Shown: piece after piece, positions 57,036-58,133 of the stretch | Layout: the number at the start of each line of letters is the position of its first letter | How positions within the stretch are numbered: position 1 is the stretch's first letter | Sequence record: SRR20825006_1103 | DNA length: 58,133 nucleotides | Direction: 5' to 3' (one strand) | Notes under the pieces: model-generated | Seen by the model: only the letters and a program-made list of their open reading frames with translations | Databases searched by the model: none | What the model was told of the DNA's origin: nothing | Program-made: the position numbers and the translations under genes

Positions 57036-58133
57036 CTATTCAGCTTGAGACGTCGACTGTTGCTCGTCTTGAAACGCCATCCAGGCTCGAGAGAGGATGA
57101 AATCCTCAATATCATCGACTTCCTGTTGGCTTAGGCGGCCGGCGAAGTTGGGCATGCCAATCGCTTCGCCGGCCCCTTGAAGGAGGAAAGCATCAAAAGT
57201 GTCTATCCCGAGAGTCGCTGACTGCCTCAGATCGGGGAGCGTTCCGGACGAAATGGCCGCGCCGCCATGGCAGACACCGCAGAATCGACCGTAGAGGTCT
57301 GTGCCCCGTACAACCGCTTCAGCCGAATGCGGCTGTCGCGCTGGCTCAGGCGTTGCCTTCTGCGGAAGCGCGGCGACGTTTAGCTCGCCCTCTCCGCCAA
57401 GTTTGAAGGCAAGTACATGGCCTTCAACCGGGCCTCCTGTCTGCCCGACATAGAAGCCGGCGAGCAAATTGGCACCACTGCCCCAACCAGCTGATACAGC
57501 AACATACTGCTCGCCATTGACCTCATACGCCACAGGTCCACCGACCATTGCGACACCAACCGGATACGACCACAGTTCTTCGCCTGTTTTGGCGTTGTAA
57601 GCATTGAAAACGCCGCTCGTCGTGCCTTGGAATACCAGATCTCCAGACGTTGTCAGCGTACCTCCATTCCACATTCGCTCATGCTGAACACGCCAGACTT
57701 CTTTCTGAGCTACCGGATCCCAGGCAGCAAGATGTGCTTGGACAAGTTGGCGCAGAAGTGTGCGACGTGCTTCTTCTGTTTCCGGTAATGCGTCTGTCAG
57801 GCTGACACCGATATTGAATGCGTCTCGGTCAAAGCGGGCAATCTCGCCCTCGATCTGATCGGAATAGAGGAAAGGAACATCTTGTGCGGGAATATATACC
57901 AGCCCTGTTTCCGGATTGAATGACATGGGGTGCCAGTTGTGGGCACCAAATGGGCTGGGTTTGACGAGCGCAGGTCCACCAGACAGATAGCGCGCCTCGG
58001 GGTTTTCAACAGGACGCCCGGTCTCCATATCGATATGTGTGGCCCAGTTAATGGGAACAAATGGCTCTGCGGAAATAAGTTCGCCGCTTATTCGGTCGAT
58101 GACATAAAAGAAGCCGTTTTTCGGCGCTTGCAT
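57036..58133 (-). CDS. Quinohemoprotein (PQQ + heme c) alcohol dehydrogenase, type II; 5' part outside window
   Basis: KNGFFYVIDR, GAHNWHPMSF, WNGGTL and G.LVFQG PQQ-propeller motifs, plus a C-terminal cytochrome c domain CGVCH...PDLR...GMP. Confidence 0.92.
   Translation of the reverse strand: MQAPKNGFFYVIDRISGELISAEPFVPINWATHIDMETGRPVENPEARYLSGGPALVKPSPFGAHNWHPMSFNPETGLVYIPAQDVPFLYSDQIEGEIARFDRDAFNIGVSLTDALPETEEARRTLLRQLVQAHLAAWDPVAQKEVWRVQHERMWNGGTLTTSGDLVFQGTTSGVFNAYNAKTGEELWSYPVGVAMVGGPVAYEVNGEQYVAVSAGWGSGANLLAGFYVGQTGGPVEGHVLAFKLGGEGELNVAALPQKATPEPARQPHSAEAVVRGTDLYGRFCGVCHGGAAISSGTLPDLRQSATLGIDTFDAFLLQGAGEAIGMPNFAGRLSQQEVDDIEDFILSRAWMAFQDEQQSTSQAE

Noticed and set aside
1-58133. CRISPR array, rRNA, intact IS or prophage
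   Set aside because: No regularly spaced direct repeats, rRNA-like sequence, transposase or phage structural genes were seen by eye.

Overview
Chromosomal window from an alphaproteobacterium. Gene content and order resemble Hyphomonadaceae/Caulobacterales (inference). From left to right: (1) the 3' end of a tRNA (probably Asn); (2) a mostly core block, about 0.1-19.3 kb: exoD, sdaA, FAD monooxygenase, zf-CHCC protein, ABC ATPase, the tsaE-amgK-murU-addB-addA-trxA operon, ferredoxin reductase plus [2Fe-2S] ferredoxin, thioesterase, a membrane-anchored TIR protein lacking the catalytic Glu, and ychF; (3) an acyltransferase-3 plus orphan ATP-grasp pair; (4) a cobamide uptake/salvage cluster with a cobalamin riboswitch (cobT-cobS-cobC-cobO, btuBFCD-cobQ-cbiB-cobD, cobU); (5) a complete cbb3 oxidase operon ccoNOQPGHIS, divergent from a small HCWGC membrane protein and fixL-fixJ-fixT-like genes, with two FixJ-type palindromes; (6) a sulfide module in which rhodanese-MFP-RND-ArsR(SqrR/BigR-like) diverges from sqr-trxC-DUF2892, with an Fnr/FixK box and a candidate repressor operator in the shared promoter; (7) tetR plus two Tat-exported enzymes resembling Pseudomonas SphC/SphD; (8) a truncated integrase next to a tRNA-Asp-derived att site; (9) cargo of a further element: an uncharacterised lipoprotein and a partial quinohemoprotein alcohol dehydrogenase. 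The best candidates for an undescribed system are the low-O2/sulfide dual-controlled SQR plus RND cassette, which has no persulfide dioxygenase and abuts the FixLJ-cbb3 locus, and the TetR-controlled periplasmic SphC/SphD-like pair. All assignments come from motif recognition by eye. No database searches were run.
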